The notes: a model not told the origin generated them from the sequence alone. Shown: positions 52,121 through 62,831, counted from the stretch's first letter. The stretch: DNA of 64,000 nt from an uncultured Gemmatimonadales bacterium (GCA_963708135.1 OY970192.1:2304001-2368000); one strand, 5' to 3'. Made by a program: numbers and translations.

Positions 52121-53503
52121 TCACGGCCCGGCCGCCCCTGCCACTCCGCCCGCCAGCGAAGGCGACCAGGCCGGCACGCGATACCGGCCTCCGAGAAGGA
52201 GGGGGCGCTGCCGCCCGGTGATCGTGTCGATAACATACAGCCCCGCCCCCCCCTCGCGCACCCCGGTAAAAACGAGGTGCCGGCCGTCGGCCGCCCAGCT
52301 CGGGTCCGTGCTGCGGCCGGCCGCCGTGATCTGGCGGACCGTGGAGCCCGGATGGTCGGCGTCCGCGATCATGATCTGGTACTCGCCCCGGGAGCGGCCG
52401 TGGAAGGCGACCCGTGCCCCTTCGGGGGACCAGTCGGGGCCCGCGTATTCGCCCGGCTCGCCGTACGTGTACGGCGAGATCAGGTCCGGCTCGCCGCCTC
52501 CGGCGGGCATGACGTAGATGTGGAGCTGCCCGATGCGGTCCGAGTTGAACGCGATCCGCCGCCCGTCCGGCGAGTAGGCCGGGGAGAGGTCCTCACGCAC
52601 GCCGGAGGTGAGGCGGCGCAGGCAGCAGCGCTGCCTCACGTCGTAGTCGTCGATCTCGGTGCCCCGCCCGTTCCACGAGGCGAAGGCGAGGCGCCCGCCG
52701 TCCGGGGAATAGGCGGGCGTGAGCAGGAGCTGGTCGCGGCTGATCAGGACGCTGGCCCTGCCGGTGCGCATGTCCCGCTCGAGCAGGTCCCAGTGGCCGC
52801 CCTTGCCGCGCAGGTAGGCCAGCCGCGCGCCGTCGGGGGACCACGCCGGCGACATGAGCACCGAGGGGGAGGACGCCACGACACGCGAATCCTCGCCGTC
52901 GGAGTCCACCGTCACGATCTCGTAGGTGCAGCCCTCCCCCTCCCTGGCGCAGGAGGCCGGGCCGCGCCGGCGGACGAAGGCGATTCGCGATGCCGCCATG
53001 CCCGGCTTGCCCGTGGCCCAGAGGACAACGGCGTCGGAGGCGCGGTGCACGGCCATCCGGAAGTCGGGCGACTGCGCGGGCGGCAGAGGGAAGTTCCCGG
53101 CCTGCTTGACGGTGCCGTAGACAATGTCGTAGAGGGCGACGTGGAGCTGATCGCCGCCGGTGGGCGCTGGGACGACGTCGCCGGTCACGAGGTAGACCAC
53201 ACCGAGGCTGTTCCAGGCCTTGAAGTCCACGGCCCCGGAGGCGAGGGCGGCCGGCACCATCTCCTGCAGCTGGAATCGGTCGCTGAAGTCGAGGTCCTGC
53301 CGCAGGATCGCGGTGGCCTCGGTCGCCGTCGCGGCGATCTCGGGGCGCCCACCGACGGGGCGGACCGCGATCTCCGGGCGCGGCAGCGGCTGGTAGGTGA
53401 GGCCCAGCCGGACGCCGGTCGGGACCTTGCTCGTGTCCTGCTGCGCCGCCGCGGGCGCGGCGGCCAGGATGAGGAGAGCCAGGAAAATCAGACTGCGCCG
53501 CAT
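52121..53503 (-). CDS. tolB: TolB family beta-propeller protein
   Basis: Signal peptide, DLDFSDRF, repeated PAWSPDG/PAYSPDG motifs; tol-pal synteny. Confidence 0.9.
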   Translation of the reverse strand: MRRSLIFLALLILAAAPAAAQQDTSKVPTGVRLGLTYQPLPRPEIAVRPVGGRPEIAATATEATAILRQDLDFSDRFQLQEMVPAALASGAVDFKAWNSLGVVYLVTGDVVPAPTGGDQLHVALYDIVYGTVKQAGNFPLPPAQSPDFRMAVHRASDAVVLWATGKPGMAASRIAFVRRRGPASCAREGEGCTYEIVTVDSDGEDSRVVASSPSVLMSPAWSPDGARLAYLRGKGGHWDLLERDMRTGRASVLISRDQLLLTPAYSPDGGRLAFASWNGRGTEIDDYDVRQRCCLRRLTSGVREDLSPAYSPDGRRIAFNSDRIGQLHIYVMPAGGGEPDLISPYTYGEPGEYAGPDWSPEGARVAFHGRSRGEYQIMIADADHPGSTVRQITAAGRSTDPSWAADGRHLVFTGVREGGAGLYVIDTITGRQRPLLLGGRYRVPAWSPSLAGGVAGAAGP

Positions 53504-53526
53504 CGTTCGCTCGCGTGCCGCCGGCA

Positions 53527-54279
53527 TCAGCGCGGCGGCTGGAAGTAGAAGCTGATCGGCAGCTCCGTGCCCTTGAACCCCTTCGGCAGCGGCCCGAACT
53601 CCTTCCGCTTGCCGGCGGCCTCGACGGCCCCCTGCGCCTGCAGGTCGAAGGCGTAGTTGCCGGAGCTGGTGAGCACCCGGATATCCTTCACGCTGCCGTC
53701 CTTCTCGATGACGAAGTATACCTCGGCGGACAGGGCCGCCGCGCCGTTCCATCGGAAATAGCGGCTGATCTGGAAGATGATGTTCTGCAGGTACGCCGGG
53801 TAGGCGAATTCCTCGCCCTCCATGTGGACCATGATCCCGGAGCCGTGTTCCGGCGCGTTCGGGTCCGGGTGCGCGCCCCGGGTGGGCGCGGCCGCTTTCG
53901 GCTGCGAGCTCTTCTCCGCCTTCTTCGGGGGCGCCTCGGTCGCGCGCACGGTGTGCGCCTTGGCCGCCGGTGCCGGCGCCGGCTTCTCCACCTTGGGTGC
54001 CGGCTTCGGCGGGGCCGGCTTCTCGACCTTCGGCGCCGCGGGCTGCGGCGGCGCCAGCTCGGTCGCCATGCCCAGCGCCTGCGGCGGCGGCGAGACGATG
54101 TTCACGCGGTACACCAGGAAGTTGGCCGGCGGCGGTGCCGGGGTGCGGCTGCCGGCCCAGACAGCCGCGCCGAGGAGGGCCAGGTGGAGCGCGACCGACC
54201 CGGCGAGCGCCGCCCGCCCCGGGCCGGGACGCGGGACCGCCGCGGGCAGGTCCGTGCCGGGTGAGGACGCGAGCCGCAC
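53527..54279 (-). CDS. TolA/TonB family energy transducer
   Basis: TM with SVALH, Pro/Lys-rich linker, TonB_C-like domain (SSGNYAFD...FGPLP). Confidence 0.88.
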   Translation of the reverse strand: MRLASSPGTDLPAAVPRPGPGRAALAGSVALHLALLGAAVWAGSRTPAPPPANFLVYRVNIVSPPPQALGMATELAPPQPAAPKVEKPAPPKPAPKVEKPAPAPAAKAHTVRATEAPPKKAEKSSQPKAAAPTRGAHPDPNAPEHGSGIMVHMEGEEFAYPAYLQNIIFQISRYFRWNGAAALSAEVYFVIEKDGSVKDIRVLTSSGNYAFDLQAQGAVEAAGKRKEFGPLPKGFKGTELPISFYFQPPR

Positions 54280-54280
54280 G

Positions 54281-54712
54281 CTACTTGCCCTTCTGCTGCA
54301 CCGGCTCGGCGACGAGCCCGACCTCCGCCACGTCCAGCTTCTTCATCATCCCGAGCACCTCCAGGACCCGCCCGTAGGGGACCCGCTCATCCCCCTTCAG
54401 GTAGGCCTGGTGGATGTCGTTCTGGCGCACGAAGCGGGGATAGACCTGGCGAAACTCCTCGGGCGTGGAGACCGGCACGTCCGCGATGTAGATCCTGCCG
54501 TCGGCGCGCACGCTGACGATCACGCCCTGCCTGGCCGGTACGGCGGCCGCCTCCGCCCTGGGGAGCTGCACGTCAATGCCACCCTGCAGGATGGGCGCAG
54601 TGATCATGAAGATGATCAACAGCACCAGCGCCACGTCCACGAGGTTGGTGAGGTTGATGTCGGCGTTCAGCGCGAGCGCCTCGCGGCGGCCGCGTCGCCT
54701 CGAAAAGCGCAT
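54281..54712 (-). CDS. tolR: TolR/ExbD biopolymer transporter
   Basis: INLTNLVDVALVLLIIFMITAP and LKGD..VPYG motifs. Confidence 0.93.
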   Translation of the reverse strand: MRFSRRRGRREALALNADINLTNLVDVALVLLIIFMITAPILQGGIDVQLPRAEAAAVPARQGVIVSVRADGRIYIADVPVSTPEEFRQVYPRFVRQNDIHQAYLKGDERVPYGRVLEVLGMMKKLDVAEVGLVAEPVQQKGK

Positions 54713-55425
54713 CAGAGCCTCCCCTCACGGGCCAGCGCGCCGATGAACTCGGTGGCGAAGCCCTCCAGCTCGCCGGCGAACGCGTTCAGCCGGCTGACGA
54801 ACAGGTTGTACGCGATGATCGCCGGGATCGCCACCACCAGCCCGGCCACCGTCGTCACGAGCGCCTCCGCGATCCCCGGCGCCACGGCGGCGATGCTCGC
54901 CGAGCCGCGGGCGGTGATGCCGACGAACGCGTCCATGACACCGATCACGGTGCCGAGCAGGCCGAGCAGCGGGGACACGGCGCCGATCACGGCCAGCCAG
55001 GGGAGCCCGCGCACGAGATCGTCCGTCTGCTCGTCCTGCTCCTTCTCCAGCATCATCTTGAGCGCCTGGAGCTCCGCCTCGGAGAGGTGCTCCCCCGCGG
55101 GCGCCTCCTCCCGCAACGCGTTCGGCCGCAGCTCGGTGAAGAAGTTCACGCCCTGCCGGAACACCCGCGTGTAGGGCGTCTCCGGCAGCCGGACCACCGA
55201 CTTGTAGGCGTCCTCGAGGCGCTGCGTTCGCTCGAGCGCCTGCAGGAAGCGCTGCGCCTGCCGGCGGATGCGCCGGAACTGGCCGACCTTCCACAGAATG
55301 ATCACCCAGCTCACCAGCGAGAAGATGGCCGCGACGCCCAGCACGAGCTGCTTGGAGATGGAGCCGCCGAAGATGAGCTGCGCCGTGCTCGTCGCCGGCT
55401 GCTGAAGCTGCAGGGCCAGGATCAT
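54712..55425 (-). CDS. tolQ: TolQ/ExbB proton channel
   Basis: PLLGLLGTVIG, VAPGIAEALVTT and AIPA motifs. Confidence 0.94.
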   Translation of the reverse strand: MILALQLQQPATSTAQLIFGGSISKQLVLGVAAIFSLVSWVIILWKVGQFRRIRRQAQRFLQALERTQRLEDAYKSVVRLPETPYTRVFRQGVNFFTELRPNALREEAPAGEHLSEAELQALKMMLEKEQDEQTDDLVRGLPWLAVIGAVSPLLGLLGTVIGVMDAFVGITARGSASIAAVAPGIAEALVTTVAGLVVAIPAIIAYNLFVSRLNAFAGELEGFATEFIGALAREGRL

Positions 55426-56372
55426 TCCGCTCCACCGTTGGAGATGTGTTCGAAGGTCCGCAGCAGCCCCTCGGCGAGGGGCGTCGCGGGTGACCAGCCG
55501 AGCGCCCGCAGGCGGCCCGCATCCAGGGACGAGTGCAGGAGCTCGCCCGCCCGCGCGGGCGCGTGCTCCAGCTCGGTCGCGCGGCCGCTCGCCTCCATGA
55601 GCGCACGCGCCAGGCCGAGCACGGACGTCTCGCACCCGGTGCCGACGTTGAACGCGCGGTCGTCGATCCCTGCGGCCGGCTCGAGCCCCGCGTCGGCGAG
55701 CAGTGCGTTCGCCCGCACCACGTCGCCCACGTACACGTAGTCCCGGGTCTGGGTGCCGTCGCCGAAGATGGTCAGCGGGCGTCCGGCGAGGAGCCGCTTG
55801 CAGAAGATCGCGACCACCCCCGCCTCGCCGTGTGGATCCTGGCGCGGCCCGTACACGTTCGAGTACCGCAGCGCGGCGTACTCGAGGCCGTGCACGACGT
55901 GGTAGTAGTGGAGGTAGTACTCGGCGGCGAGCTTCGAGACGCCGTACGGGGAGTGCGGCGCCTTCGGCGTGGTCTCGGGCGTCGGCCGGACCTCGGGCTC
56001 ACCGTAGACAACGCCGCCGGAGGAGATGAACAGCACCCGGCCGGCGCCGTGGATGCGCGCGGCCTCCAGCACGTTGAGCAGGCCGAGGACGTTCGTGCGG
56101 GCGTCCATGGCTGGATCGGCCACGGAGCGGCGTACGTCGATCTGCGCGGCGTGGTGGCTCACCAGGTCGAAGCCGCCGACGCTCCGGAAGAGCGCCCGCA
56201 CGGCGGCATCGGCGATGTCCATCCGCACCAGCTCGGCGCCGCGAGGCACGTTTTCCTCGCGCCCGGAGGAGAGGTCGTCCAGCACCCAGACCCGGTCGCC
56301 GCGGGCGAGGTGCGCCTCGGCCACGTGGCTACCGATGAAGCCGGCGCCGCCGGTGACGAGCACCCTCTTCAC
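55422..56372 (-). CDS. NAD-dependent epimerase/dehydratase (UDP-glucose 4-epimerase-like)
   Basis: TGGAGFIGSH, YGVSK, RYSNVYGPRQ and RDYVYV motifs. Confidence 0.93.
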   Translation of the reverse strand: MKRVLVTGGAGFIGSHVAEAHLARGDRVWVLDDLSSGREENVPRGAELVRMDIADAAVRALFRSVGGFDLVSHHAAQIDVRRSVADPAMDARTNVLGLLNVLEAARIHGAGRVLFISSGGVVYGEPEVRPTPETTPKAPHSPYGVSKLAAEYYLHYYHVVHGLEYAALRYSNVYGPRQDPHGEAGVVAIFCKRLLAGRPLTIFGDGTQTRDYVYVGDVVRANALLADAGLEPAAGIDDRAFNVGTGCETSVLGLARALMEASGRATELEHAPARAGELLHSSLDAGRLRALGWSPATPLAEGLLRTFEHISNGGAE

Positions 56373-57679
56373 GAGTCGCCGCTCTCCCCGGTGGCCTCCC
56401 CCTCCTCGCCCTCCAGCGCGAACAGATAGCGGGCGGCGTCGAGCACCTCGGACGCGCCGCCGTTCGCGGCGGCGGCGCGCAGCCGTGCCGTGGGCGAGTG
56501 CAGGAACTTGTTGAGCAGCTGTCTGGTGAGCACGTCCACGGCCTGTCGATCCTCCTCCGAAAGGTGCGCCATGCGACGCAGCGCCTTCTCCAGCTCCGCG
56601 CGCCGCACCTCCTCCGCCTGCGAGCGCATGGTGCGGATGAAGGGCACGACGTCCCGGGCCGCGTACCACGCCCAGAACTCGTCCACCCCCGCCTGCACGA
56701 TCCGCTCCGCCTTCGGCACCTCGAGCGCGCGCCTCTCGAGGTTCGCGTCCACGATCTGCTTCAGGTCGTCGAGGTGGTAGAGGAACACGTTCGGGATCTC
56801 GCCCACCTCCGGCTCCACGTCCCGGGGCAGCGCGATGTCCACGATCAGCAGCGGGTGCTGCGGCCCATCCGGCAGCGCCGCCTCCACCAGCTCGCGCGTC
56901 AGCACCGCGTGCGGCGCCGCCGTGGCGCTCACCACGATCTCCGCCTGCGCAAGCAGCGGCCGCAGCTCCTCAAAGCGCACCGCGCGGCAGCCGACCCGCT
57001 CCGCCACCGCCCGGGCCCGCGCCTCCGTCCGGTTGGCGACGACGACTCCGGCCACGCCCTCCGCCGTGAGGCATTCCAGCGCCAGCTCGCTCATCTCGCC
57101 GGCGCCGAGCACCACGGCACTGCGGCCGCGCAGCCCGCCGAAGATCTTGCGGGCGAGCTCCACCGCCGCGGAGGGGATCGATGCGGCTCCGGTGCCGAGC
57201 TGGGTCTCCGCCCGCACCCTGCCGCCGATCGAGAGCGCCGTCTGGAACAGCCTGGACAACACCGCGCCGGCCGCCTTGCCGCCATCGTCGAGTTGCGCGG
57301 CGCGCTCGTAGGCGCCCCTCACCTGCCCCTGGATCTGCGCCTCGCCCACGATCATGGAATCGAGGCTCGAGACCACGCGGAACAGGTGCTCCGCGCCCTG
57401 CCGCTCCTCGAACGCGTAGAAATAGCGGCCGGCCTCCTCCACCGCGAGCCCCGCGTGCTCCGCGAGCAGCGCCGGCGCCCGCACGCCGAGGGCGGGGTCC
57501 GCGAGCCGCATGTACAGCTCGGTGCGGTTGCAGGTGGAGAGGAGCACCGCCTCCTCGGCGTCGCCGCTGCCGGTGAGCCGGGCGAGCGCGTCCCCCGCCT
57601 GGGCGGGCGTGAACACGAAGCACTCGCGCACCTCCACGGGGGCGGTGCGGTGGCTGAGTCCGATGACCTTCAGCGCCAC
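56369..57679 (-). CDS. hemA: Glutamyl-tRNA reductase
   Basis: HRTAPVEVRE, STCNRTE, GEAQIQGQ, GAGEM and DIALPRD motifs. Confidence 0.97.
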   Translation of the reverse strand: MALKVIGLSHRTAPVEVRECFVFTPAQAGDALARLTGSGDAEEAVLLSTCNRTELYMRLADPALGVRAPALLAEHAGLAVEEAGRYFYAFEERQGAEHLFRVVSSLDSMIVGEAQIQGQVRGAYERAAQLDDGGKAAGAVLSRLFQTALSIGGRVRAETQLGTGAASIPSAAVELARKIFGGLRGRSAVVLGAGEMSELALECLTAEGVAGVVVANRTEARARAVAERVGCRAVRFEELRPLLAQAEIVVSATAAPHAVLTRELVEAALPDGPQHPLLIVDIALPRDVEPEVGEIPNVFLYHLDDLKQIVDANLERRALEVPKAERIVQAGVDEFWAWYAARDVVPFIRTMRSQAEEVRRAELEKALRRMAHLSEEDRQAVDVLTRQLLNKFLHSPTARLRAAAANGGASEVLDAARYLFALEGEEGEATGESGDS

Positions 57680-57701
57680 GCTGGGCCGTCCCTCCGGCCG
57701 C

Positions 57702-58517
57702 TCACAGGAACAGTCGCCCCTGGGCCAGGGCGACCTTGAGGGCGAGGTAGGCCACCACCACCACGACGAATCCCACCACGCTGGTGAGCGCGACGCGGCG
57801 CTCCCGGCCCGCGCCGGTCATGCCGGCGGCGAGCGCGGCGAGGAAGACGAACCAGCTGAGCACACCCCAGATGACCTGCGGGTTGGCGATGGCAAAGGAG
57901 TGCCGGAAGCGGACGGTCCATGCCCAGCCGAGGACCAGCGTCAGCGTGAGCGCAGGGAAGCCGATGCGCAGCGCCTGCCGGCTGATCCGGTCGAGCGTCT
58001 CGAGCGCCGGGAAGAAGCGGAAGATGCGCCCGAAGCGCTTGGCCTTGAGCTCGCGGAACTGGATCAGGTAGAGCACCCCCGCCGCGAACGCGACGGCCAG
58101 GCCCGCATAGCCGATGAAGCCGAGCACCACGTGGAGCGCGAACCAGGGGCCGCGGAACGCGAGCGGCTCGCCGGTCGGGTGCAGTCCGAGAAAAAGCGCG
58201 GCCACGAGCAGCAGGCCGATCAGCGGGATCATGACCAGCCCGAGCGGCCGCGCCTCCCGGAACAGCTGCGCCACCAGCAGGAACGCCGCCATGAGCAGCG
58301 CCAGCGTGGACAGCGACGGCGCGAGCCCCACCAGCGGCAGCTCCGCGTATTGGGTCACGTACAGGACCAGCCCCGCGGCGTGCACCAGCGCACCGCCGCC
58401 CAGCAGGGCGACGCCGCTGGGCGGCGCCATGCGCCGGCCTTCGGCGAGAGAGCCCACCAGGACCGCTGCGGCGCCCGCATACAGCGCCAGAGCCAGGGCG
58501 TGAAGAATCGTGATCAT
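57702..58517 (-). CDS. CcsA/HemX-like cytochrome c assembly membrane protein
   Basis: About 8 TM segments, WFALHV, PALETLD; adjacent to hemA. Confidence 0.8.
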   Translation of the reverse strand: MITILHALALALYAGAAAVLVGSLAEGRRMAPPSGVALLGGGALVHAAGLVLYVTQYAELPLVGLAPSLSTLALLMAAFLLVAQLFREARPLGLVMIPLIGLLLVAALFLGLHPTGEPLAFRGPWFALHVVLGFIGYAGLAVAFAAGVLYLIQFRELKAKRFGRIFRFFPALETLDRISRQALRIGFPALTLTLVLGWAWTVRFRHSFAIANPQVIWGVLSWFVFLAALAAGMTGAGRERRVALTSVVGFVVVVVAYLALKVALAQGRLFL

Positions 58518-58592
58518 ATCCGCCAAAGATGCGGGCGCCGTGAGGCGCCCGACATGAGATACACCACCGTCACGCCCCCGATCCCCGGGCCG

Positions 58593-59753
58593 TCACGGCG
58601 CTTTCGCCACGAGCTGGACCGGCACCCCGCTCCTGAGCCCGGCGTGCGTGACGGACGTGACGCGGACGGTCGAGACCCGCTCTCCCACACGCACCACGGT
58701 GAAACGCGCGAGCGCCACCGGCGGGAGCGTGCGGCTCTCCGCACCCGGCGAGGGCTCCGAGGGCTCGTACGCCTCGAGCTGGTCACCCAGCGCCAGGCCC
58801 TGCGCCCGACCGAGGCTGACGAACGCCACGTCCATCGTGCCGTACAGGGGCTGCTCCTCCAGGAACCCGAGCACCGTCCCCCGCGGCCCGCTCTGCACCG
58901 GCTCCGCGCGCGCGGCCGCCCCTGGATACGCCGGCAGCGCCAGCGCCCTCTGGCCCCGGATCACCGTCCCGAACTGCCGCGCGACCGTGGCCACCGCCAC
59001 CCCGGCGCCCACGCTGTCCACCCGCAGGATCGCCACCGGCTGGATGATCCGGCCGGAGCCCGAAATCTCCCGGCCGACCTCCTCCAGCTGCAGTCGCTGA
59101 CCGACCTCCAGGCGCTGCCCGCCCTCGAAGCCCAGGAACACCGACTCCTGCGGGTGCAGCGACTGCGTCAGCCGATCCTGCCCCGTGCTCGGATCCACCT
59201 CCCGGAGAAGCCGCGCCACCACCGGCAGCGCCTCCGGCTCCGCCACCCACGCCGCCGACTGGAACTCCGTCTCCGGGACCAGCGGCCGCTCCAGGCTCGC
59301 CACCGTGTCCATCCCCGCCGCGCCCTGGCCCGAATCGTAGAACACCGTGCGCGCCTCCGGGGCAGCCGCCACGCCCATGGGCACGGCCTGCGCCGGAGCC
59401 GCCTCGGCCGGCGCCGCCGCAGCCGGCGCGGGAGCCGCCCTCGTCGCGTCCGCCGCCATCACGGGGCCGGCGGGCGGGATGACCAGCCGCTCGGCCGGAT
59501 AGATGAGGTCCGGGTTGCGCACGACCGACCGGTTGGCCTGGTAGATCGCGGGCCAGAGAAACGGGTCGTTCAGATACTGGCGTGCCAGGTCCCAGAGGGT
59601 GTCGCCCTTCCGGACCACGTGCTCCCGCGCCGGGCCGTTCGCCGGCGCGGCCTTCGGCTGCTGCGCGCCGAGGGGCGCGCTGCCCAGCAGGGCCATGCAG
59701 GCGGCTGCCGCCGGCAGGATCCTCGTCCTCAAGGTTCCGCTCTCGTGGCTCAC
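58593..59753 (-). CDS. Secreted LysM protein (TsaP-like)
   Basis: Signal peptide; HVVRKGDTLWDLARQYLNDPFLWPAIYQAN...NPDLIYP LysM domain; beta-rich C-terminus. Confidence 0.85.
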   Translation of the reverse strand: MSHESGTLRTRILPAAAACMALLGSAPLGAQQPKAAPANGPAREHVVRKGDTLWDLARQYLNDPFLWPAIYQANRSVVRNPDLIYPAERLVIPPAGPVMAADATRAAPAPAAAAPAEAAPAQAVPMGVAAAPEARTVFYDSGQGAAGMDTVASLERPLVPETEFQSAAWVAEPEALPVVARLLREVDPSTGQDRLTQSLHPQESVFLGFEGGQRLEVGQRLQLEEVGREISGSGRIIQPVAILRVDSVGAGVAVATVARQFGTVIRGQRALALPAYPGAAARAEPVQSGPRGTVLGFLEEQPLYGTMDVAFVSLGRAQGLALGDQLEAYEPSEPSPGAESRTLPPVALARFTVVRVGERVSTVRVTSVTHAGLRSGVPVQLVAKAP

Positions 59754-59763
59754 GGGGTTCTCC

Positions 59764-60177
59764 TTAGAAGGGGAGATCGTCCTCGAGCGACGCTCGTGGC
59801 AGCTCCGGCTCCGGAGGCCACGTGACCGACTCCGCGGGCGGGCCGTGCGGCTCGCCGAGGAGGATCAGGTCACGCGCGACGATCTCGGTGGCGTAACGCA
59901 TCCGCCCCGAGGCATCCTCCCACGCGCGGTGCTCGAGCCGCCCTTCGACGAACAGGCGGTCTCCCCTGCGGACGAGGCGCTGCACCGTCTCCGCCAGGGC
60001 TTCCCAGGCGATGATGCGGTGCCACTCCGTCCTCTCCGCCGGGCCGGCCGGGCCCCTGGTGCGCCGGCTGGTGGCCACCGAGAAGCTGGCCACGCGAGCC
60101 CCGTCAGCGGTCGTCCGGAGCTCCGGCTCGCCGCCCACGTGGCCGATCAGCATCGCGCAATTCAGGCTCCGGCTCAT
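59764..60177 (-). CDS. ssb: Single-stranded DNA-binding protein
   Basis: LIGHVG..PELR, TEWHRI, VEGRL motifs and C-terminal DDLPF. Confidence 0.95.
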   Translation of the reverse strand: MSRSLNCAMLIGHVGGEPELRTTADGARVASFSVATSRRTRGPAGPAERTEWHRIIAWEALAETVQRLVRRGDRLFVEGRLEHRAWEDASGRMRYATEIVARDLILLGEPHGPPAESVTWPPEPELPRASLEDDLPF

Positions 60178-60215
60178 CCTGCTCAGCACGGGATGGATGC
60201 CCGGGGAGATGACCG

Positions 60216-60244
60216 AAGATACGCCGCATCTCGGCCCGTGTCAA
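60216..60244 (-). promoter_or_regulatory. ssb promoter TTGACA-N17-TATCTT
   Basis: -35 at 60239-60244 contains the hemB TGA; -10 at 60216-60221. Confidence 0.75.
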
Positions 60245-61245
60245 TCGAATGCAGCCCCCGCAGCCGGTGTGGCGAGGCGGCGCCGGGCGAACTCGCGGGC
60301 CCAGTAGGTGACGATCATGTCCGCGCCGGCCCGCTTGATCGAGAGGAGCGCCTCCTCCATGGAGCGGTCGAGGTCGAGCCAGCCGAGGCGGGCGGCGGCC
60401 TGGAGGGCCGCGTATTCGCCCGAGACGTGGTAGGCGCACAGCGGATAGCCGGTCTCCTGCTTGACGCGCCAGATGATGTCGAGGTAGGCGAGTGCGGGCT
60501 TGACCATGATCATGTCGGCGCCCTCCTCGATGTCGAGGCGCACCTCCCGCAGCGCCTCGTTGCCGTTGGCGGGGTCCATCTGGTAGGCGCGGCGATCGCC
60601 GAAGGCGGGCGCGCTCTCCGCGGCTTCGCGGAACGGGCCGTAGAAGGCGGACGCGTACTTGGCGGCGTAGGAGAGGATCGGCACCTCGGCGAAGCCCTCC
60701 TCGTCGAGGGTACGCCGGATCGCGGCCACGCGGCCGTCCATCATGTCGCTCGGCGCCACGATGTCGGCGCCGGCGCGCGCGTGGCTGAGCGCCTGCCGGG
60801 CGAGGTGGGAGAGGGTGGCGTCGTTGTCCACGCGTCCGTCACGGAGGATCCCGCAGTGCCCGTGGGAGGTGTACTCGCACAGGCAGACGTCGGTCGCGAC
60901 CAGCAGCTCGGGCAGTTCCCTCTTGATGGCGGCGACGGCGCGCTGGACCACGCCGTGCGCGTCGGCGCCGCTCGAGCCGGTCTCGTCCTTTTCGTCGGGG
61001 ATGCCGAAGAGGAGGACGGCCGGGACGCCGAGGTCGGCCGCCTCGGCGGCATCGCGGACCGCCTCGTCGGCGGAGGTCTGGTCCACGCCCGGCATCGAGG
61101 ACACGGGCCGGCGCACTCCTTCGCCCGGGACCACGAAGAGGGGCAGGATCAGGTCATCGACCGTGACGTGGGTCTCGCGCACGAGGCGGCGCAGCGTCTC
61201 GCTCCCGCGCAGGCGGCGGGGCCGGTATTCGGGGAAGGCGGCCAT
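60241..61245 (-). CDS. hemB: Porphobilinogen synthase (Zn-type)
   Basis: [37 protein letters not shown] and YHVSGEY motifs. Confidence 0.98.
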   Translation of the reverse strand: MAAFPEYRPRRLRGSETLRRLVRETHVTVDDLILPLFVVPGEGVRRPVSSMPGVDQTSADEAVRDAAEAADLGVPAVLLFGIPDEKDETGSSGADAHGVVQRAVAAIKRELPELLVATDVCLCEYTSHGHCGILRDGRVDNDATLSHLARQALSHARAGADIVAPSDMMDGRVAAIRRTLDEEGFAEVPILSYAAKYASAFYGPFREAAESAPAFGDRRAYQMDPANGNEALREVRLDIEEGADMIMVKPALAYLDIIWRVKQETGYPLCAYHVSGEYAALQAAARLGWLDLDRSMEEALLSIKRAGADMIVTYWAREFARRRLATPAAGAAFD

Positions 61246-61246
61246 G

Positions 61247-61699
61247 TCAGTACGACTCCACTTGCTTCTTCATGACGAGTGCATCCTCCAGTGGCTCCAT
61301 GTAGTAGTTGCGGCGGCGGCCGACCTCGACGAAGCCGTAGCTCTCATACAGCCGGCGGGCGCCGTCGTTCGAGATCCGCACCTCCAGGAACACCTCGCGG
61401 ACGCCACGCTCGGCGGCGCGCTCGAGCACCGCATCGATGAGGGCGCGCGCGACGCCGCGCCTGCGGAAGTCGGGCGCGCTGGCGACGTTGCCCAGCTCCC
61501 CCTGGTCCAGCACGGCCCAGAACACGGCGTAACCAGCGATCTCGCCCTCGATCTCGGCTACGAAGAGGTCGGCGTCGCGGCGCCGGAGCAGGCCGCGGAA
61601 CGTCGCCTCGGTCCAGGGCATGGTGTAGGCCTCGCGCTCGACCTCCATCACCCTCGGCAGGTCATCGCTCCGCATCGCGCGGATGCGCGCCGTGCTCAT
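61247..61699 (-). CDS. rimI: Ribosomal protein S18 alanine N-acetyltransferase
   Basis: RRRGVA, LEVRISN, RRRNYY..EDA motifs; follows tsaB. Confidence 0.93.
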   Translation of the reverse strand: MSTARIRAMRSDDLPRVMEVEREAYTMPWTEATFRGLLRRRDADLFVAEIEGEIAGYAVFWAVLDQGELGNVASAPDFRRRGVARALIDAVLERAAERGVREVFLEVRISNDGARRLYESYGFVEVGRRRNYYMEPLEDALVMKKQVESY

Positions 61700-62388
61700 C
61701 ACGAGCCCGGACTCCATTCGCGCAGGTACGCCGGCTCCCACGCGGCCGGGTCCTCGACCCGCCCCGCGCCTGGATCGGCTCCCGCGAGCCAGAGGAGCGC
61801 CCCCGCCCGCGGGATGCAGAGGTAGGGGGGCGCGAGGGTCCCCCCGGCGTCCGCGATCCTCTCCCGGTAGCGGAGCGCGCCCTCGCCGGCGTAGAGAGGC
61901 GCGTGGGGCGCGAGCGCGTCGAGCAGCCTGTCGAGCGGCAGCGCGACGGGCTCGAGCAGCATCTCGATCCCCGCCCATTGAGGGAAGGCGTAGCAGGCGG
62001 CGTAGACCTCTCCGCGGCGGGCGTCGAAGAGGGCACAGACGGGCCGGGGCCCCGCGCCGAGCGCGGCCGCCAGGCCGAGGAGCCCGGGATACGCGTAGAG
62101 CGGCACGCCCAGCGCGCGCACCAGTCCTTTGGCCGTGGCGCCCGCGATCCGGATCCCGGTGAAGGACCCCGGCCCTCCGGCGACGACGACGCCGCCGAGG
62201 TCGTCCGGCGCGACGCCGGCCCGGCCGAGGACGAAGTCGATGGTGGGCAGCAGCGCCTCCGCGTGCCGGCTGCTGACGCCCACGACGGCCTCGGCCAGGA
62301 TGCGCTCCGGGTGTCCGACGGCGACGCTTCCCGTCGCGGTGGAGGTGTCCACGGCCAGGAGCGGGCGGGGCGGTTCGCGGCGGCTCAC
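61699..62388 (-). CDS. tsaB: tRNA t6A biosynthesis protein TsaB
   Basis: LAVDTST, HAEALLP, GPGSFTGIRI, DARRGEVY and EPAYLR motifs. Confidence 0.95.
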   Translation of the reverse strand: MSRREPPRPLLAVDTSTATGSVAVGHPERILAEAVVGVSSRHAEALLPTIDFVLGRAGVAPDDLGGVVVAGGPGSFTGIRIAGATAKGLVRALGVPLYAYPGLLGLAAALGAGPRPVCALFDARRGEVYAACYAFPQWAGIEMLLEPVALPLDRLLDALAPHAPLYAGEGALRYRERIADAGGTLAPPYLCIPRAGALLWLAGADPGAGRVEDPAAWEPAYLREWSPGS

Positions 62389-62831
62389 GGGGCGATGCGG
62401 ATGCCGGGGAGGTCGGGTGGCGTGCCGCGCCGCACGGCGTGGACGCGGCGGTGGTCGGCCGCGGCGGCCGGGTCGAGGTGGATGTCCCAACGGTCGGACG
62501 GCAGGAGCTCCTCGGCACGCTCGGGCCACTCCACGAGCACGATTTCCGGTCCATCCCCGAGCTCGCGCCAGCCGAGCTCCCAGACCTCCTCCGGGTCGTC
62601 CAGCCGGTAGAGGTCGAGGTGGGCGACGTCCAGCCCGCGCGCGCCGTGGTAGCGGAACAGCAGGTTGAAGGTCGGCGACGGAAGGTGCCCCTCGACGCCA
62701 GCGCCGCGCGCCACCGCGCGCGCGAGCACGGACTTCCCCGCTCCGAGCGGCCCGCGCAGCGCGAGGAAGGCGGGCGCATCGACGAGGGCGCCGATGCGCT
62801 CGCCCCAGGCCGTCAGCTCGAGCTCGTTCAT
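62385..62831 (-). CDS. tsaE: tRNA t6A biosynthesis ATPase TsaE
   Basis: [21 protein letters not shown] and VEWPE motifs. Confidence 0.96.
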   Translation of the reverse strand: MNELELTAWGERIGALVDAPAFLALRGPLGAGKSVLARAVARGAGVEGHLPSPTFNLLFRYHGARGLDVAHLDLYRLDDPEEVWELGWRELGDGPEIVLVEWPERAEELLPSDRWDIHLDPAAAADHRRVHAVRRGTPPDLPGIRIAP

